The notes under the pieces were generated by a model. The model searched no databases and had not been told where the DNA came from. It saw nothing but the letters and a program-made list of their open reading frames with translations. 64,000 nt of DNA, from NCBI GenBank assembly GCA_964187785.1, contig OZ076412.1:19716001-19780000 (forward strand), in the 5' to 3' direction. Shown piece by piece: positions 62,096-64,000 of the stretch; the first letter of the stretch is position 1, and each line of letters opens with the position of its first letter. The stretch is from Amphiscolops sp. MND2022 (taxonomy: Eukaryota). Position numbers and translations under genes: made by a program.

Positions 62096-62320
62096 CGTTT
62101 AGTTCAACAAACTGAACAAAAAATCTAGAACTTTATGGCATTCGCATTTGTGTCAAGGAAATAACAGTCCTTTTTTGCCTGCATTCAGTCTTTACTAGGG
62201 CATGTGTCGAAGGGCATGGTGATTACTGGCGACTGCTAACGTTTAGTACTGGTCGAAATAGGAACGATAACAGTCTCGATTATCAAAAATGCAATATTAC
62301 ATAGCAGTGCACTGTTTCAG

Positions 62321-63258
62321 TCCAGATTATGTTACAACCACAAACACAGCTCACAATTTCCGACTGTCCAGATAGAAATGTAACAGACGGCTGCAGAATG
62401 GTCATGATCAGGTTTTCCACAGCCGCTAATGCAAAAGACGCATATCCTGCGAAAATCAATGGTACCGGATCCTTTGGCTGGGTTGGTATCCTTTTTTTGG
62501 AATTAATTTGAGAATGAACTGCAGTAGTGATTTTAGAAGAACCTAGCGCGCGGACAGAGAGCGAATTAACAATAGTCAAATTGATTATCTTCAATAACGC
62601 CTTCTCTTTTGACTTTCAAATAAATTAACTTCTATTCTTTCTCATTGGCTAATTGAGGTCTCACGTGCTCATTTTATTGCCCTAGAGGTCTTTAAAACAT
62701 CAGATTTTAGTTTTTTTTCTGAATTTTTGACCCATTTACGTATTTTTGATTTCCAAGTAACTTCCACATAAATACTCTTCTGAACTTTTCAAACTTGACA
62801 ATATGTAAATTGTAAAAATTTGAGCTGTTTTAATAATACAAGTTATTTCGACTAAAAACCTAATTAAATAGCCTATTTTCCTAATATTTTAGAATGATAT
62901 CAAAATCAAAACAAATCAGGGCCTTTGGTAACTTCAGGTGGCTCCATCGAACTGTAGTTGACACATAAAATCGTAAGCACGCGGTGAGATTGGACATGTA
63001 GATCATACAATTCTTTCGTATGTAAGGTGGAATCAGCCGCGGCTGAAGATTATTGGTCAAGTCTTAGTGTTATTTTTTCCAAGATTCTACAAAATGCAGG
63101 GAAGTTTTCCGACTTCTGCCGTTGCGGGCTTGTTTTTTTTCACTCAATTTGGGAGGCGTCAAGAAAAATTGTATCGACTTCAATGTAACTAAAGTTATCG
63201 TTTTCAGGTGACGATCGATTGCAATTCAGCCGGAAAACATTTGTTTCCCATCGAACTG
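62321..63258 (+). CDS. Candidate exons of an unidentified gene (62321 or 62326 to 62485; 63208-63258)
   Basis: Open frames bounded by TTTCAG acceptors and GT donors with compatible phase 1; peptide LTISDCPDRNVTDGCRMVMIRF...KINGTGSFGWV; no recognisable domain. Confidence 0.25.
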
Positions 63259-64000
63259 GTAGGTAGTCAACTTTGAACCTTTCAGTTTCGCGATTCCTTT
63301 TTTAATTTTATTGTGACCAGCGTTACTGGTCCCGTTTAAAATATCGTTTTCACTACTCAATGAGTTGGTAGAGTCTTCTTGAGTACCGATCCTAGAGTTG
63401 GAGCTTCCAGGTTCTGGTCAGACAATTGACAGGCTGTCGACCTTAGAGGATAAGTTCTCAATTAGGCGCAAAATTTCACTTTGGCTATTTTCTGTATCTC
63501 TTAGCCTCTTATACATCCTATTTTATTTTCTTACTTGTTCTTGATATTCTCGAAATCTCTATCAATTAGAATATGGTTTTCTTCAAATATGAAACTAGTT
63601 GTTTCCACCAATTCATGGTCACTTGCGGGTCTCTTCGCAGTTTTCTCTTCTGGGTTTTCTCCGGCATGACTATGAGTAAAAAAAAACAGGATAGGGCAGC
63701 ATTTATCCATTGAGCGGATGTTCAAAATGTACAGAAGATCCAGTCAATCTGCCAACTATTAATTAAAACCGGTTAATCTCAGAGATATTCAAGTAACAAA
63801 TCAACAAATTAAAATTTCAGAATCATAATGACAAAATCAGTTTTACTAATCAAATCAAATTATGGCAAAATGCAGGTTACTGTTTTCAACAAAATCAAAA
63901 ATCTCAATCAATCCTCTAATTCCACGTAAGGTACTCATACTTTACGCTAGAAACGCGGGATAAATCCCGCTCATGAATTCACACCTGGTCCAATTCGGCA

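Overview
AT-rich, intron-containing eukaryotic (metazoan-like) genomic DNA made mostly of transposable elements. There is no prokaryotic gene organisation, rRNA or CRISPR array. One host gene is well supported: an 8-exon FHA-domain plus Ser/Thr kinase gene (CHK2-like) on the minus strand at 25417-35625, reconstructed by hand with GT-AG introns in consistent phase. At least six of its seven introns carry repeat insertions. These include a full-length, open-ORF hAT DNA transposon (28222-30861) with TIRs, an 8-bp TSD, a BED finger and an intact DDE triad. The rest is mainly decayed LTR retrotransposons: a near-complete Ty3/gypsy element (~40570-47700, minus), a related probable solo LTR (to 1848), a BEL/Pao element (~8870-14150, minus), and older gypsy remnants (~4880-5170, ~16400-19400, ~56450-58000). 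There is also a LINE RT fragment, several MITEs, Helentron/HINE-like non-autonomous elements, minisatellites and a 1.17-kb tandem duplication. The most interesting signals concern the large gypsy family. (1) A 4-exon spliced gene of unknown function lies antisense and convergent to pol, directly 3' of the integrase. (2) About 188 codons of gag appear to be encoded inside the LTR, and the reading frame runs through the LTR-end/PBS junction. (3) A candidate -1 frameshift heptamer sits at the gag-pol junction. All family assignments come from motif recognition by eye; no database search was run.
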